Shown piece after piece: positions 38,418 through 49,603 of a stretch of DNA of 64,000 nt. The position numbers and the translations under genes are program-made. The notes below the pieces were generated by a model that saw nothing but the letters and a program-made list of their open reading frames with translations, ran no database searches and was not told the origin of the DNA. The stretch's first letter is position 1, and every line of letters starts with the position of its first letter. This DNA is from Bacteroidota bacterium (GTDB lineage Bacteria > Bacteroidota > JABWAT01), in NCBI GenBank assembly GCA_020161835.1, contig JAIUNL010000015.1, forward strand, positions 707-64,706. The letters run 5' to 3'.

Positions 38418-38642
38418 TAATATTCTTCTTTTGATGTGGAGTTAAATTTAATTTGGAACGGCTAAACTCAGTATGCTGACATCAGTCTGAGGTTTGTTTT
38501 GTTCCATTTCGGAAGGTGAAATTAATCGATTACCACCACATATCAAATATTGGAAAAATCAAAGTGGAAGCGCTTAGCCTAATAGAAACAACAACTTAAA
38601 TACTTTTCTGACAAATATTATTTTTGGCAAATGTGATCGGGA

Positions 38643-39329
38643 TCATCTAAATATTTTAAGGTCTTTACCTAAATCTCGGGCGGCAGGTGTGAGCCGTGTA
38701 AAACTTTCAAGTCTGATTGTCTGATTTTTGCGTTTTGCGACCCTGACATCATTTTCGGTGATGATCCTGCTAAAGGTCAGAATTGAGTCGTCATTTAAAA
38801 TACGGTTGAAATCAAGTGTAATCTCTTCAGGGATTCCAGTAACTGATTTCCACTTTTCTGGCAGAATTAGGCTTAAACGGTCGTGAGAGGCTATAATGAC
38901 TGGTGCTGAATGAAAAATAAGAGTCTGGTTTCTGGTTTTAAGTGTTACCTCAGCAACACACTCTTTGATATCTTCACTTTCTTTTGATGGAGACCAGATC
39001 ATCGGTGTAACGGAAAAGGAGGCCCCCCGTCGTTTTACCGTTCCAGCCGGACCCAAAAAAGTAAGATCCTGATCAGAAAAACGTGAATAAAGAGAACCTG
39101 TCAGGCCTGGCAGATTGGCCGAATCAAGAAAAAGCCGGGGAGAAAGGTAATCATTACGAAGTACCGGAAGAAAGTACCGAACCCCTTCAAGCTCAACTGC
39201 AACCGTTTCTGATGAAAGTGAGACTCCTTTTTCAGTTGTCCAGGTTAACGGAGTCAACCCGAATAATTCCCTGATCAGAAGGGGGGGTAAAGCCACACAG
39301 TCTGGCAAAAAAACAACATCACCAGTCAT
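38643..39329 (-). CDS. Hypothetical protein.
   Basis: 228 aa. ATGA-coupled to the rpiB-like gene. Confidence 0.35.
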   Translation of the reverse strand: MTGDVVFLPDCVALPPLLIRELFGLTPLTWTTEKGVSLSSETVAVELEGVRYFLPVLRNDYLSPRLFLDSANLPGLTGSLYSRFSDQDLTFLGPAGTVKRRGASFSVTPMIWSPSKESEDIKECVAEVTLKTRNQTLIFHSAPVIIASHDRLSLILPEKWKSVTGIPEEITLDFNRILNDDSILTFSRIITENDVRVAKRKNQTIRLESFTRLTPAARDLGKDLKIFR

Positions 39330-39970
39330 GACAGGGTAAACTTTGCTTCTAAGTCTCTGATTTTTTTTACACGTGCTTCGTGTCTTCCGGGTTCGGGAAC
39401 CGATTTTAGAAAAGCCTGGATGACTGATTTGCAGGTTTCAGAACCAAGAGCTTTTGACCCGAGAGTCAACGCATTTGCATGATTGTGCTGACGGGCATTC
39501 CGGGCTGTAAATTCGTTGTAACAGCAGGCAGCAAGAATACCAGGGATTTTATTCAAAGCCATTGCGGACCCGATACCGGCACCATCAATCATGATACCGA
39601 TTGCGGAAGGTGTTTGTTTAACCCTTAACCCGACGGCAAAGGCAAAATCAGGATAATCAACCGCAGCCTCAGACGTTGTTCCCACATCCTCAACCTGATA
39701 GCCCATTGAAACCAACCAGGGAATCAACTCAGTTTTTAACGAAAATCCGCCATGATCAGAACCGATGATGATTGTTTTCACTTCAAGAACCACGTTTGAA
39801 GGACTTGAACTTACCGCACCAACAGGCTGCTCTTCAACAAATTTGACCTGTTTTTCCTTTGCAGCATCTTTTGCCAATGAGGTAATCAGTGCATTTTTGG
39901 GCACGGAAAGAATTTTAGTGCCGGATGCAGCTTTTAATACATCTTTTTCGGTAATCAGTTGTTTTTTCAT
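39326..39970 (-). CDS. rpiB: Ribose-5-phosphate isomerase B (RpiB/LacAB family) with an N-terminal extension of about 60 aa.
   Basis: IIIGSDHGGF, GIMIDGAGIGSAM and CCYNE motifs. Confidence 0.7.
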   Translation of the reverse strand: MKKQLITEKDVLKAASGTKILSVPKNALITSLAKDAAKEKQVKFVEEQPVGAVSSSPSNVVLEVKTIIIGSDHGGFSLKTELIPWLVSMGYQVEDVGTTSEAAVDYPDFAFAVGLRVKQTPSAIGIMIDGAGIGSAMALNKIPGILAACCYNEFTARNARQHNHANALTLGSKALGSETCKSVIQAFLKSVPEPGRHEARVKKIRDLEAKFTLS

Positions 39971-41373
39971 GCAGGTAATCCGATCACACGTAATTTTTCA
40001 AGTAAAACAGAAGGTCCGCCAACCGAAATGGGAACACGTTGACCTTTTTTATCACAAAATCCGGTAGAAGTTTCAAGATAAAAATCATTTCCGACACCAA
40101 CAACTTTTTCAAGCGCATCCTGAATCTTTCCTACAATTTGCAGATTGTAAACCGGGTGTTTTCGTTTCCCGTTTTTGATCAGATACCCGTGAAGGATTTC
40201 GAATTTAAAATCACCGGTTTCTGAATTGACGATGCCATTTCCAGAGTCGGTAACTTCTATTCCTTCACTGATCTGATTAAAAAGCTGAATCCGTGATGAA
40301 TTTCCGGGATGGACGATGGTATTGGTCATGCGGGTTTGGACGGGCTGGTCAAATCCGGACCTTCGGCCATTTCCTGTTGGGTGAATTCCCTTCACATCTG
40401 CAGTTTTACGATCTGCAAGAAGAGTATGAAATCTTCCCTTTTCAATTAAAAGAGTTTTTGAAACCGGAGTTCCTTCATCATCACATCCCAGTGATCCACG
40501 TCCACCCGGAAAAAGTCCCTCATCAGAAATCGTGAGCAGTTCACTTCCTGTCTTGTCTCTTAGGGATGAAAAAATCCCGGATTCATTGTCAGCTTCACAG
40601 GCATGACCTATAATCTCATGAAAAAACATCATTCCCCACCCGGGCGGGAGTAAAATATCGTAAAATCCATTTTCTATCGGATGGGATCCGGCTGCAAATT
40701 CTGCCTTTTGAAGGGCAGCTAAAACAACCTTGAACGGATCTGACACCTGAGCTCCGGAAACTGAATCCCGTTCTCCCAAACGTGAACTTCCCGAGAATAT
40801 CTTCCCTTTTCTTCGAAGGTAAACGGTACACATCCAGTCAGAATGCACTTCATTCCTGATAAAACCCGGAGAATATTCAGTAATGCCTAAAACCTGCCTG
40901 CTTTCACTTTCAGCCTGAAAAGCAACATTGATAATTTCTTTGGATTTTTGACGGATCCAGTCATTGCACCTGTAAAGCATTTCCATAATAACAGAAGGAT
41001 CAGTTGGCAATTTGGGTCCTGACTGCACCTCAAATCGGTTCAGAACCAGGTCTTTTTTGTCAAATCTGGCAGAACGTAAATTGAAAAAACTGGAAAGTGA
41101 CCCGAAGGTAAATGGAAGGAGAAGCTCGTCGCCGGTTTTGGTATCAGAAAGAGAAAAACCGGAGGAGAAAACCGGATCATGCAGACTAGCTTTTCCAGAT
41201 TCAAATGAAATCTGCCTGCTGAACCGAAGTTCGCCAAAAAGAACCTGATCAGGAATAGAAAATGAAGCAAGCTTAGAAATAACGTCAGAAGTAAGCCAGG
41301 AAGGAGTTAACCTGGCAGGGGGGAGAAAATGAAGATCAGGCCGGAAATCATCCGGAAGGTCAGGCTTCTTCAT
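39967..41373 (-). CDS. TldD/PmbA-family metallopeptidase.
   Basis: HEIIGHACE motif, 468 aa, glycine-rich C-terminal region. Confidence 0.65.
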   Translation of the reverse strand: MKKPDLPDDFRPDLHFLPPARLTPSWLTSDVISKLASFSIPDQVLFGELRFSRQISFESGKASLHDPVFSSGFSLSDTKTGDELLLPFTFGSLSSFFNLRSARFDKKDLVLNRFEVQSGPKLPTDPSVIMEMLYRCNDWIRQKSKEIINVAFQAESESRQVLGITEYSPGFIRNEVHSDWMCTVYLRRKGKIFSGSSRLGERDSVSGAQVSDPFKVVLAALQKAEFAAGSHPIENGFYDILLPPGWGMMFFHEIIGHACEADNESGIFSSLRDKTGSELLTISDEGLFPGGRGSLGCDDEGTPVSKTLLIEKGRFHTLLADRKTADVKGIHPTGNGRRSGFDQPVQTRMTNTIVHPGNSSRIQLFNQISEGIEVTDSGNGIVNSETGDFKFEILHGYLIKNGKRKHPVYNLQIVGKIQDALEKVVGVGNDFYLETSTGFCDKKGQRVPISVGGPSVLLEKLRVIGLPA

Positions 41374-42631
41374 CCCCGATCAGAGAATCGAAAATGGAGG
41401 CGTCATGATTGGCAGAATTTTCAGAACCCAGGATAGCATGCGACATTTTATCCCGTTTGGTTTCGAGATATTTCTGATTGACTGAATTCGGTTCAATTTC
41501 TAGAGGAACACGTTCAATCACTTCAAGACCATAACCATTCAGTCCAACAATTTTCTTGGGGTTATTGGTCATCAAACGCATGGTTTTTACGCCAAGATCA
41601 CAAAGAATCTGGGCACCAATTCCGTAATCACGCAAATCGGGTTTAAAACCAAGTTCAAGATTGGCTTCTACGGTATCTTTGCCCTGATCCTGAAGCACAT
41701 AAGCTTTCAGTTTGTTGATCAGACCAATTCCCCGCCCTTCCTGACGCATATACAGCACAATGCCACGACCGGCTTTGGAAACCTGGCGCATAGCTGCTTC
41801 AAGCTGTTCACCACAATCGCAACGTTGAGACCCGAAAACATCACCCGTTAAACATTCGGAATGGACCCGAACCAAAACCGGCTCCCCATTGGCAACGTCA
41901 CCTTTAACGAGAGCAATGTGAGTTTTACCGTCAACCAAACTGTCATAAGCAACAATAGTAAAGTCACCAAAACGGGTTGGAAGATTCACTTCAGCAGCAC
42001 GGGAAATCAGTTTGGTTTTTTGTAACCGAAAGGCAATCAGATCTTTTATTGTAATAATTTTCAGTGAAAATCGTTCAGCAACTTTGATCAGATCTGGCAA
42101 ACGGGCCATTGTTCCGTCATCATTCATAATTTCACAAATGATTCCTGCGGGGAAACAACCGGCAAGGCGGGCAAGATCAACACTGGCTTCTGTGTGTCCG
42201 GCACGGCGGATGGATCCACCGTCAGCAGCAATAAGGGGGAAAATATGTCCGGGACGGGTGAAGTCGTCAGCACTTTTTTCAGAGTTGACAATGGCCTGAA
42301 TCGTTTTTGACCGGTCAGAAGCAGAAATTCCCGTTGTAACCCCATCGTGTTTGTAATCAATTGAAATGGTAAACGGAGTTCCGTATTTGGAATCGTTTTT
42401 AGGAACCATAAGTTCAAGATTGAGCTGGGTTGCCCGTTCACGGGTAATCGGAGCACAGATCAACCCACGACCGAAAGTGGCCATGAAGTTGATCATTTCC
42501 GGAGTCGCAAACTGGGCTGCAGCTACGAAATCGCCCTCGTTCTCCCGGTCTTCATCATCCACGACGATGATTACTTTTCCTGACCGGATATCTTCAAGGG
42601 CTGATTCGATGGAGTCAAACGGGTGAGACAT
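41360..42631 (-). CDS. ribBA: Bifunctional 3,4-dihydroxy-2-butanone-4-phosphate synthase / GTP cyclohydrolase II.
   Basis: [10 protein letters not shown] motif (DHBP synthase). C-terminal GCH-II with a CxC...C zinc motif. Confidence 0.85.
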   Translation of the reverse strand: MSHPFDSIESALEDIRSGKVIIVVDDEDRENEGDFVAAAQFATPEMINFMATFGRGLICAPITRERATQLNLELMVPKNDSKYGTPFTISIDYKHDGVTTGISASDRSKTIQAIVNSEKSADDFTRPGHIFPLIAADGGSIRRAGHTEASVDLARLAGCFPAGIICEIMNDDGTMARLPDLIKVAERFSLKIITIKDLIAFRLQKTKLISRAAEVNLPTRFGDFTIVAYDSLVDGKTHIALVKGDVANGEPVLVRVHSECLTGDVFGSQRCDCGEQLEAAMRQVSKAGRGIVLYMRQEGRGIGLINKLKAYVLQDQGKDTVEANLELGFKPDLRDYGIGAQILCDLGVKTMRLMTNNPKKIVGLNGYGLEVIERVPLEIEPNSVNQKYLETKRDKMSHAILGSENSANHDASIFDSLIGDEEA

Positions 42632-42957
42632 TATTTCACTTCAGTAGATTTAACAACTGTTCCGATTGCAGATTTGTCATATTTAATTCTGACGTTTTCA
42701 GCAAGTTTTAAAATGACAACATTATCTTCAACGGCATCCACAACACCGTGTGCGCCACCGGTTGTGATGATTTTGTCACCTTTCTGAAGGTTTTTGATCA
42801 TGAGTTCACGCTCATTTTGTTTCTTTTTCTGAGGGCGGATCATGAAAAAGTAAAAGACTACGAAAATCAGCACGATTGGCAGTAAATTGGCAATCAGACT
42901 TCCGGTAGTGCTTTGTCCGGGTGCGGGTGGTGCAAACAATAAAAGGGTAGTAAGCAT
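42631..42957 (-). CDS. yajC: Preprotein translocase subunit YajC.
   Basis: 108 aa, single TM segment, [12 protein letters not shown] motif. Confidence 0.75.
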   Translation of the reverse strand: MLTTLLLFAPPAPGQSTTGSLIANLLPIVLIFVVFYFFMIRPQKKKQNERELMIKNLQKGDKIITTGGAHGVVDAVEDNVVILKLAENVRIKYDKSAIGTVVKSTEVK

Positions 42958-43215
42958 AAATCCTCAGTTAAATTGTAGACAATATGAACAAAATGAATCC
43001 GGCTAAGGTTCAGCCGGAGTGTAAAATTAAGAAAGTAGCAGGTTGAATCCCAATCAGAACACAAATAACTGTGGAAAGGGCTTTCCTTTCAGGTCATTTT
43101 ATATTGGAAATAAATTAATTTTTCTGCCCAATCTCCCTCTCCCTTGACTTTATTTGACATAATATTGACATTGGAAGCGCTTCTGTAACAACCAACAACA
43201 TGAAAGAGGAAAAAT

Positions 43216-45390
43216 ATGAGAACGTGGTTATTGTCTGTTTTATTGGTACTGGGATTTGCAGGCTCTGCAAGTGCTCAGGTATATGATTTGTGGCTTTTCG
43301 ACGGAGTCGGACCTGCCCCAACTGCTGTAACACCCAAAGGTGTAGGTAATCTTAGCTCTGCAACCGTTGTGGCTACAGCAACTACCACAAATGCTGGTTA
43401 TATCTACCGCCAGACCGACTGGTCAAACAAATGGACCAACGCTACCAATGTTGTAAATACTGCTATGACCTTTTCAAGTGCTGGTGGTCCTGGATCACCT
43501 GACGGACGTTTCAGTGTAACCCTTGATAAATATTATACATTCAACGTTCCAACAGTACCTGTATTTGGTGACAATGTTACCGAATTTGCCATTCTTGAAA
43601 CTGCCGGTTCACCAACCGCAATCTCAAGTTTGACCCGGAATTTTCCAACACCAACTCCATCAAACATGGTTGAAATCACAGTTACCCTTGCTGCTTCACC
43701 TGGTGTAGACGAGCTGGTTTATGTCATCTATTCAACTGATGCCTGGAGTACCTATACCGCAGCAGCTGTTTTTATGGAAGGTAATGTTGGATTTGCCAAT
43801 ATTCCCGCCCAAACCCTGGGAACAACGGTGTCTTATTATGCCATGACTTCACCGGTTGCTTCTGCTTCATGGGGAACATCAAAAGATGTTCTAACTTTGA
43901 GACTTAACAACAATGGTGGACTAAATTACAGCTACACTGTCAGTGCCGGACCCGATGAAACCAACCCAACAGACGTTTCTGATCTTAGTGCAACTGCTGA
44001 TGAAAACCTGAATAAAATTGTACTCACCTGGTCACCGGTGACAGAAGCCAATTTTGAAACCTACGAAATTTACTATAACACCACGGGTGAAGTTTCTACC
44101 AGCGATACCAAAATCGACAAAACAACACTTCCTTCACTCGGTTCAATTGCTACCAGTACAGCTACCATTTCAGGTCTTAATTGGGGCACCACTTACTTTT
44201 TCACAATCAGAGGAGTTGACGTTTCCGCCAATGCAGGTACACTTTCAAATGAAGTCAGTGCCTCAACAATTGCTGAACCAATCGTTCTCATGGATGGAAC
44301 ATTTGATGGAGAAGGTAAATGGGGATCACCTGTTGCAACTGCTGATCAGGTTGCCGGATGGTTTGATGTGAATGCTAAGAAACTTTACATCACCTATGAT
44401 GCAACCTATGTTTACTTTGCTGTAGAAGTTACCTATTCCTCATGGCAAAAATGGGTATTCCTCATTAACACAATCCCGGGTGCCGGTGGTTCTGTTACTG
44501 CTGCAAATGATGCCACAACTTATGGTCATGCCCAATTACCTGATTTTGCAATTGTACAAAATGGTGTAAATGCAACCTTGAAAGTATGGAACGGAAGTGC
44601 CTGGGAAGATCATGCAACTTCATTAACTGCAGGTGTATGGACTGGTTTTTCAACAAGCTATGTTGAAGTCAGAATCCTGAAATCCATGCTGAATGATGTT
44701 TCACCTGGTGATGTTCAGTTTTATATCACAGGCAATAATGCTGGTGAACACAGTTCATTTGATTCAGTTCCTGATGATTTGGTTATGACTAGCTGGAATA
44801 ATCCGCTAACCTTATCAAACTATGCAACTTCAGTTACCCTTCCAGTTGAACTTGCTTCCTTCACCGGAAAAATGGTTAACGGAAATGTTCTGCTTAGCTG
44901 GTCAACAGCTTCTGAAAAGAATAACTACGGATTTGAAGTTGAGAAAAATCTTGGAAACGGTTGGAATAAAGTTGGATTTGTTGCCGGAAACGGAACTACA
45001 ACTGAAGCCAAATCCTATTCCTTCTCAGATTCAAAAGTCAGCGATAAAGCTACCTATCGCCTGAAACAATTGGATCTTGACGGAACCACTTCCTATTCTG
45101 CTTCAATCGAAGTATTCTCTGGAGTTGCTGAATCTTTCGAATTAAAAGGAAACTATCCGAATCCGTTCAACCCATCAACGGTGATCGAGTTTTCGCTTCC
45201 TTCTGCAGGAACAGTTGATTTTGCAGTATTTAACACTTTAGGTCAACTTGTTTCTTCATCAAAAGTGAACGGAATCAGTGGTCTTAATCAGCTTTCATTT
45301 AAAGCTGACGGACTTTCATCAGGTGTTTATTTCTACCAATTAACCTTTAACGGAAAATCGGTAACCAAAACAATGAGCTTCCTGAAATAA
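43216..45390 (+). CDS. Large secreted protein with a T9SS C-terminal sorting domain and a fibronectin-III-like module.
   Basis: Signal peptide. C-terminus NYPNPFNPSTVIEFSLP...GVYFYQL is a Por/T9SS CTD. Tandem paralog of 45554..47809. Confidence 0.7.
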   Translation: MRTWLLSVLLVLGFAGSASAQVYDLWLFDGVGPAPTAVTPKGVGNLSSATVVATATTTNAGYIYRQTDWSNKWTNATNVVNTAMTFSSAGGPGSPDGRFSVTLDKYYTFNVPTVPVFGDNVTEFAILETAGSPTAISSLTRNFPTPTPSNMVEITVTLAASPGVDELVYVIYSTDAWSTYTAAAVFMEGNVGFANIPAQTLGTTVSYYAMTSPVASASWGTSKDVLTLRLNNNGGLNYSYTVSAGPDETNPTDVSDLSATADENLNKIVLTWSPVTEANFETYEIYYNTTGEVSTSDTKIDKTTLPSLGSIATSTATISGLNWGTTYFFTIRGVDVSANAGTLSNEVSASTIAEPIVLMDGTFDGEGKWGSPVATADQVAGWFDVNAKKLYITYDATYVYFAVEVTYSSWQKWVFLINTIPGAGGSVTAANDATTYGHAQLPDFAIVQNGVNATLKVWNGSAWEDHATSLTAGVWTGFSTSYVEVRILKSMLNDVSPGDVQFYITGNNAGEHSSFDSVPDDLVMTSWNNPLTLSNYATSVTLPVELASFTGKMVNGNVLLSWSTASEKNNYGFEVEKNLGNGWNKVGFVAGNGTTTEAKSYSFSDSKVSDKATYRLKQLDLDGTTSYSASIEVFSGVAESFELKGNYPNPFNPSTVIEFSLPSAGTVDFAVFNTLGQLVSSSKVNGISGLNQLSFKADGLSSGVYFYQLTFNGKSVTKTMSFLK

Positions 45391-45412
45391 GGGTTTGTTT
45401 TAAGTTATTTAA

Positions 45413-45440
45413 AAGCCCGTCATCCGACGGGCTTTTTTTT
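45413..45440 (+). terminator. Rho-independent terminator.
   Basis: AAGCCCGTCATCCGACGGGCTTTTTTTTT. Confidence 0.6.
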
Positions 45441-45553
45441 TATGAGTCATTTCCCATTTAATTCCTGATTTTTTTGTATTTATCTGCCCGATTTTCTTTT
45501 TTTTTATTATTTTTACTTCAAACGTTCCCCAATTTAATGATGACGAGGAAGCA

Positions 45554-47809
45554 ATGAAAACACGGTTACTACCCCTATTCTTTCTGCTGGGTTTTACCCT
45601 TACCGCAGAAGCACAAGTTTATGATTTATGGTTGTTTGATGGCGTGGGTCCCGCACCAACCGCTGTTACCTCCAAAGGTTTTGCAGGATTAAGCTCAGCG
45701 ACTGTTCAGGCCACGGCTACAACAACAAACGCAGGTTACATTTATCGTCAAACAAACTGGGCAAATAAATGGACAAATGCAGTAAATACGGTCAATACTG
45801 CGATGACATTTTCGAGCGCAGGTGGAAGCGGATCTCCCGATGGTCGGTTTAGTGTTACGCTTGGGAAATATTATACGTTTAATGTTCCAACTACTCCTTT
45901 GGTTGGAAACACATCCCAACTTTTTTCAATTTTGGAAACTTCTTCAGCACCGGTTACCATCAGCAGTGTTACCCGGGATATCATTTCCCCTGCTCCAACC
46001 GATGCACCCTTAATTACAGTAAACCTGAGCGCTGCACCCGGTGCAGATCAGTTTGTTTATCTCAGATACACAACAGATGCCTGGAGTACAAGTACCCCTC
46101 TTTTAGTCCCCATCACCGGAACTTCGGGTTCTGTTACGATTCCGGCTCAATCTGAGGGAACTGTCGTTTCGTATTATGCACTGACTACACCTGTTACTTC
46201 TTCTTCATGGGGCGCAAACATTGATGTACTGACCCTTAAAGCAAATAACAATGCCGGAACCAATTACAACTACACATCGGCCACAGCAGCAGATACGACA
46301 CCACCATCAACCATTTCAGATCTTACTGCCACTGCAGATGCTGATCTGGCCAGAATCACCCTTTCCTGGACACCGGCTACGGAAGACAACTTTGATACTT
46401 ATGAAATTTTCTACAATCTGACCGGTTCAGTTTCCGATGTCGATTCCAAATTTGATAAAAACCAATTTATTGCACTGGGTACCCGTACATCCAATTCAGT
46501 AACACTGACCGGACTTTCATGGGGGAGCACCTATTATTTTAAAATTCGTGGCGTTGATCAGGCAACCAACAAAGCAACATTGTCGAACGAAGTGTCTGCA
46601 TCTACTATAGCCGAACCTCTTATCATTATGGATGGTCTTTTTGATGGTGAATCAAAATGGGGAGCGCCAGTTGCAATTGCTGACGGTGTTGCAGGTTGGT
46701 TTGACGTCAATGCAAAAAAAATGTACGTCACCCATGACGCCAATTATGTATATTTGGGTGCTGAAGTTGATTATGCATCCTGGCAAAAATGGGTATTTTT
46801 AATCAACACAATTTCAGGAGCAGGAGGTTCGGTTTCTGCGGCCTCAGATGTTGCCACTTATGCGCATTCTCAGCTTCCAGATTTTGCAATCGTTCAGAAC
46901 GGATTAAACGCCAACCTGAAAACTTGGGATGGAAGTGCCTGGGTTGATCATGCTACTTTACTTACAGAAGATGTTTGGACAAAATTCACCACGACATTTG
47001 TTGAAGTCAGAATCCTTCAATCCATGATCGGAAATGTAACCTCAGGTGATGTTCAGTTTTATATTTCCGGAAATAATGCAGGGGAGCATAGTTCATTTGA
47101 TTCCGTTCCTGATGATTCTTCTATGGCCGCTTGGAATGATCCGCTTTCGCTTTCAAAATATGCGACTTCCGTTACGCTTCCAGTTGAGCTTGCATCTTTC
47201 ACCGGAAAATGGATAAATGGAAATGTGTTGCTGAATTGGGCAACAGCGACTGAGACGAATAACTTCGGATTTGAAATACAAAAAAGAATCGCGGAGCCTG
47301 AGGCTCTCGAAGGCTCTGCTTCGGGCATCTCAAACCAGGACCCTTCGAGAGCCTCAGGGTCCAGGTCAGAATGGGAGACAATTGGTTTTGTTGCCGGTAA
47401 AGGCACCACCACAGAAGCACAGTCTTATAGTTTTTCGTCACCTGTCACCAGTCCCCTGTCACCGGCGCTTTACCGTCTTAAACAGATTGATCTGGATGGA
47501 ACTACGACCTTTAGTCAATCGATAGAAGTTTCTGGTGGAAATAAACCTGCTGTTTTCTCTACCCGTAATTATCCGAATCCATTTAATCCATCGACAACCA
47601 TTGAATTCACCCTTACCGAATCTCAACCGGTTCACTTCGAGTTGTTCAACATCATTGGGCAACGAATCATGAGTAAAAGTCTTGGCAGGATGGATGCAGG
47701 ACTTCACTCCTGGTCAATGGATGGATCTTTTCTTGCGAGTGGATTTTATACCTACCGGTTAACGGCAGGAAATCAATCAACAACCCGGATGATTCAGTTA
47801 ATCAGGTAA
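45554..47809 (+). CDS. T9SS-sorted secreted protein, about 70% identical to 43216..45390. It carries an in-frame palindromic insertion.
   Basis: Signal peptide and T9SS CTD. Extra segment IAEPEALEGSASGISNQDPSRASGSRSEW is encoded by the inverted repeat at 47293-47360. Confidence 0.7.
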   Translation: MKTRLLPLFFLLGFTLTAEAQVYDLWLFDGVGPAPTAVTSKGFAGLSSATVQATATTTNAGYIYRQTNWANKWTNAVNTVNTAMTFSSAGGSGSPDGRFSVTLGKYYTFNVPTTPLVGNTSQLFSILETSSAPVTISSVTRDIISPAPTDAPLITVNLSAAPGADQFVYLRYTTDAWSTSTPLLVPITGTSGSVTIPAQSEGTVVSYYALTTPVTSSSWGANIDVLTLKANNNAGTNYNYTSATAADTTPPSTISDLTATADADLARITLSWTPATEDNFDTYEIFYNLTGSVSDVDSKFDKNQFIALGTRTSNSVTLTGLSWGSTYYFKIRGVDQATNKATLSNEVSASTIAEPLIIMDGLFDGESKWGAPVAIADGVAGWFDVNAKKMYVTHDANYVYLGAEVDYASWQKWVFLINTISGAGGSVSAASDVATYAHSQLPDFAIVQNGLNANLKTWDGSAWVDHATLLTEDVWTKFTTTFVEVRILQSMIGNVTSGDVQFYISGNNAGEHSSFDSVPDDSSMAAWNDPLSLSKYATSVTLPVELASFTGKWINGNVLLNWATATETNNFGFEIQKRIAEPEALEGSASGISNQDPSRASGSRSEWETIGFVAGKGTTTEAQSYSFSSPVTSPLSPALYRLKQIDLDGTTTFSQSIEVSGGNKPAVFSTRNYPNPFNPSTTIEFTLTESQPVHFELFNIIGQRIMSKSLGRMDAGLHSWSMDGSFLASGFYTYRLTAGNQSTTRMIQLIR

Positions 47810-47833
47810 GTTTTCCGTTTTTGTATTTTTTGA

Positions 47834-47867
47834 AGCCAGTCCGGCCTTTGCCGGACTGGCTTTTTTT
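47834..47867 (+). terminator. Rho-independent terminator.
   Basis: GCCAGTCCGGCCTTTGCCGGACTGGC followed by T8. Confidence 0.6.
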
Positions 47868-48153
47868 TGTTTTACCCGTGCTACCAATCCCGTGGTTCAT
47901 CCCCGTTTCGTCCGAATGAAATTTATCGTTTTTTTAAAAATTATGTGTTCGGACGATGATAATTATCAACACTCATTATTCCACCGTGTTCGCACACGGG
48001 GCTATTCATATGAAACCCATCGCCTGACCGGTTTTAATTGCACTAACAATTCACCACTTATCATCCCGAAAGTGTTCGGGATCTTCACTTCGTTCGATTG
48101 ACCATTATTTTTGTCATTTATCTCCGACAACTTTTCCCTCCCTGTCAGCTTAA

Positions 48154-48212
48154 AACTGAAATTTTTTCAGACGAAACTGATTTTTTTTCAGACAGGACTG
48201 AAAACTTTTCAG
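48154..48212. promoter_or_regulatory. Three tandem palindromes CTGAAA-N4-6-TTTCAG upstream of the hsp20 pair. Candidate heat-shock operator.
   Basis: ACTGAAATTTTTTCAGAC / ACTGATTTTTTTTCAGAC / ACTGAAAACTTTTCAGTC, at about 21-bp periodicity and about 100 bp upstream of 48305. Confidence 0.4.
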
Positions 48213-48304
48213 TCTCATCTGTCACTCTTTTCACACTCGGATTTTGGCACACACTTTGAAAAAGAAGATGTCAGAAACCTAAATTAAATGAAAGGATAAA
48301 AACA

Positions 48305-48745
48305 ATGTCACTTATCAGATTTAACCCCGCTTTTGACTTACTAAGAGCAGAAAAAGATATCAATCGTCTTTTCAATGAGCTGGCAAACCGTTCAGCCACA
48401 CGTGAATCAAACTCAGTCTGGTCACCCCTTACCGATGTGATCGAAGAAAAGGATCAGTTTCTGCTTCATCTTGATCTGCCGGGTGTCAAACTGGACGATA
48501 TTAAAATTCATGTTCAGGATGGAAAGTTAACCGTTTCAGGAGAAAGGAAACTCGAAACTGAAACCAAGGAAAAAAACTACCATCGGATTGAAAGGTCCTT
48601 CGGAAGTTACTTCCGTTCATTTGAATTGCCCAAAAACATCAATCTTGATTCCATTCAGGCAGAACATAACAATGGACAGCTCACCATAACCCTGCCAAAA
48701 GCAGAGGAAGCAAAACCAAAAGAGATTACAATAAAAGTAAAGTAA
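48305..48745 (+). CDS. Hsp20/alpha-crystallin small heat-shock protein.
   Basis: Alpha-crystallin domain with AENGVLTI-like motif (HNNGQLTITLPK). 146 aa. Confidence 0.85.
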   Translation: MSLIRFNPAFDLLRAEKDINRLFNELANRSATRESNSVWSPLTDVIEEKDQFLLHLDLPGVKLDDIKIHVQDGKLTVSGERKLETETKEKNYHRIERSFGSYFRSFELPKNINLDSIQAEHNNGQLTITLPKAEEAKPKEITIKVK

Positions 48746-48785
48746 CCAAAAGCCAATAAACTCAATCAAAATCAAGGAGGACGCC

Positions 48786-49241
48786 ATGTCACTTATTCGA
48801 TGGAACTCAGGACAAGACCTTCTGAATTTTGAAAAGGAATTCAGGAGAGTTTTTGATCAGGTGAATCCGTTTGGAGAGAAAAACACTGAAACTGATTTAT
48901 ATGAATCTTCCGTTTGGACACCTTTAACAGATATTCTGGAAGATCAGGATCACTTCTTTATAAAATGTGATTTGCCCGGAATCAAAAAGGAGGATGTTAA
49001 AATTCAGTTTGCCAATGGTAAACTCAGTATCAGCGGTGAACGTCAGGTTGAAAACGAAAAGAAAGACCGGAATTATCACCGGATTGAGCGTGTCACCGGG
49101 AAGTTTTTCAGATCATTTCAATTGCCTGACCTGATTAATACTGACCAGATTACGGCCGAATTTGAGAATGGACAACTTACCATTTCCATTCCAAAGTCAG
49201 AAGCTGTAAAACCGAAAGAAATTCCGGTTTTAACAAGATGA
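48786..49241 (+). CDS. Hsp20/alpha-crystallin small heat-shock protein, tandem paralog.
   Basis: FENGQLTISIPK motif. 151 aa. Confidence 0.85.
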   Translation: MSLIRWNSGQDLLNFEKEFRRVFDQVNPFGEKNTETDLYESSVWTPLTDILEDQDHFFIKCDLPGIKKEDVKIQFANGKLSISGERQVENEKKDRNYHRIERVTGKFFRSFQLPDLINTDQITAEFENGQLTISIPKSEAVKPKEIPVLTR

Positions 49242-49253
49242 TGACAAAATCCG

Positions 49254-49290
49254 GCAACAAAAAAGGCGGCTTTCAGCCGCCTTTTTTCTT
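49254..49290 (+). terminator. Rho-independent terminator.
   Basis: AAAAGGCGGCTTTCAGCCGCCTTTTTTCTTTTT. Confidence 0.6.
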
Positions 49291-49519
49291 TTTGGAAATA
49301 AAAGCAAATTTTGGAATTTCCCCCGTTTCGTCCGGAATTGGCATTTTCGGTTTTACAAGATTTATGCCCGGACGAGGGTGGGTCTTTGGGAATTTTTTAT
49401 CTACAATCATTTCACCCCTACAGGGTTTAGATTTTCATTAACCCCGCCAAAAGCCGGGTTCTTGACATTTACAATTTACAATTAACCATTATCCTCTCTT
49501 TTCTTTTTCCCAAAATATA

Positions 49520-49555
49520 AAAAAGCCACCCCGATTGGAGTGGCTTTTTTATATA
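49520..49555 (-). terminator. Bidirectional hairpin terminator for the minus-strand T9SS gene.
   Basis: AAAAAAGCCACCCCGATTGGAGTGGCTTTTTT. An almost identical hairpin at 51890-51925 follows the next gene. Confidence 0.55.
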
Positions 49556-49603
49556 AATCTGAATGTCTCTGCGTTCTCCGTGCCTCCGCGGTAGAATCCC
49601 CCA

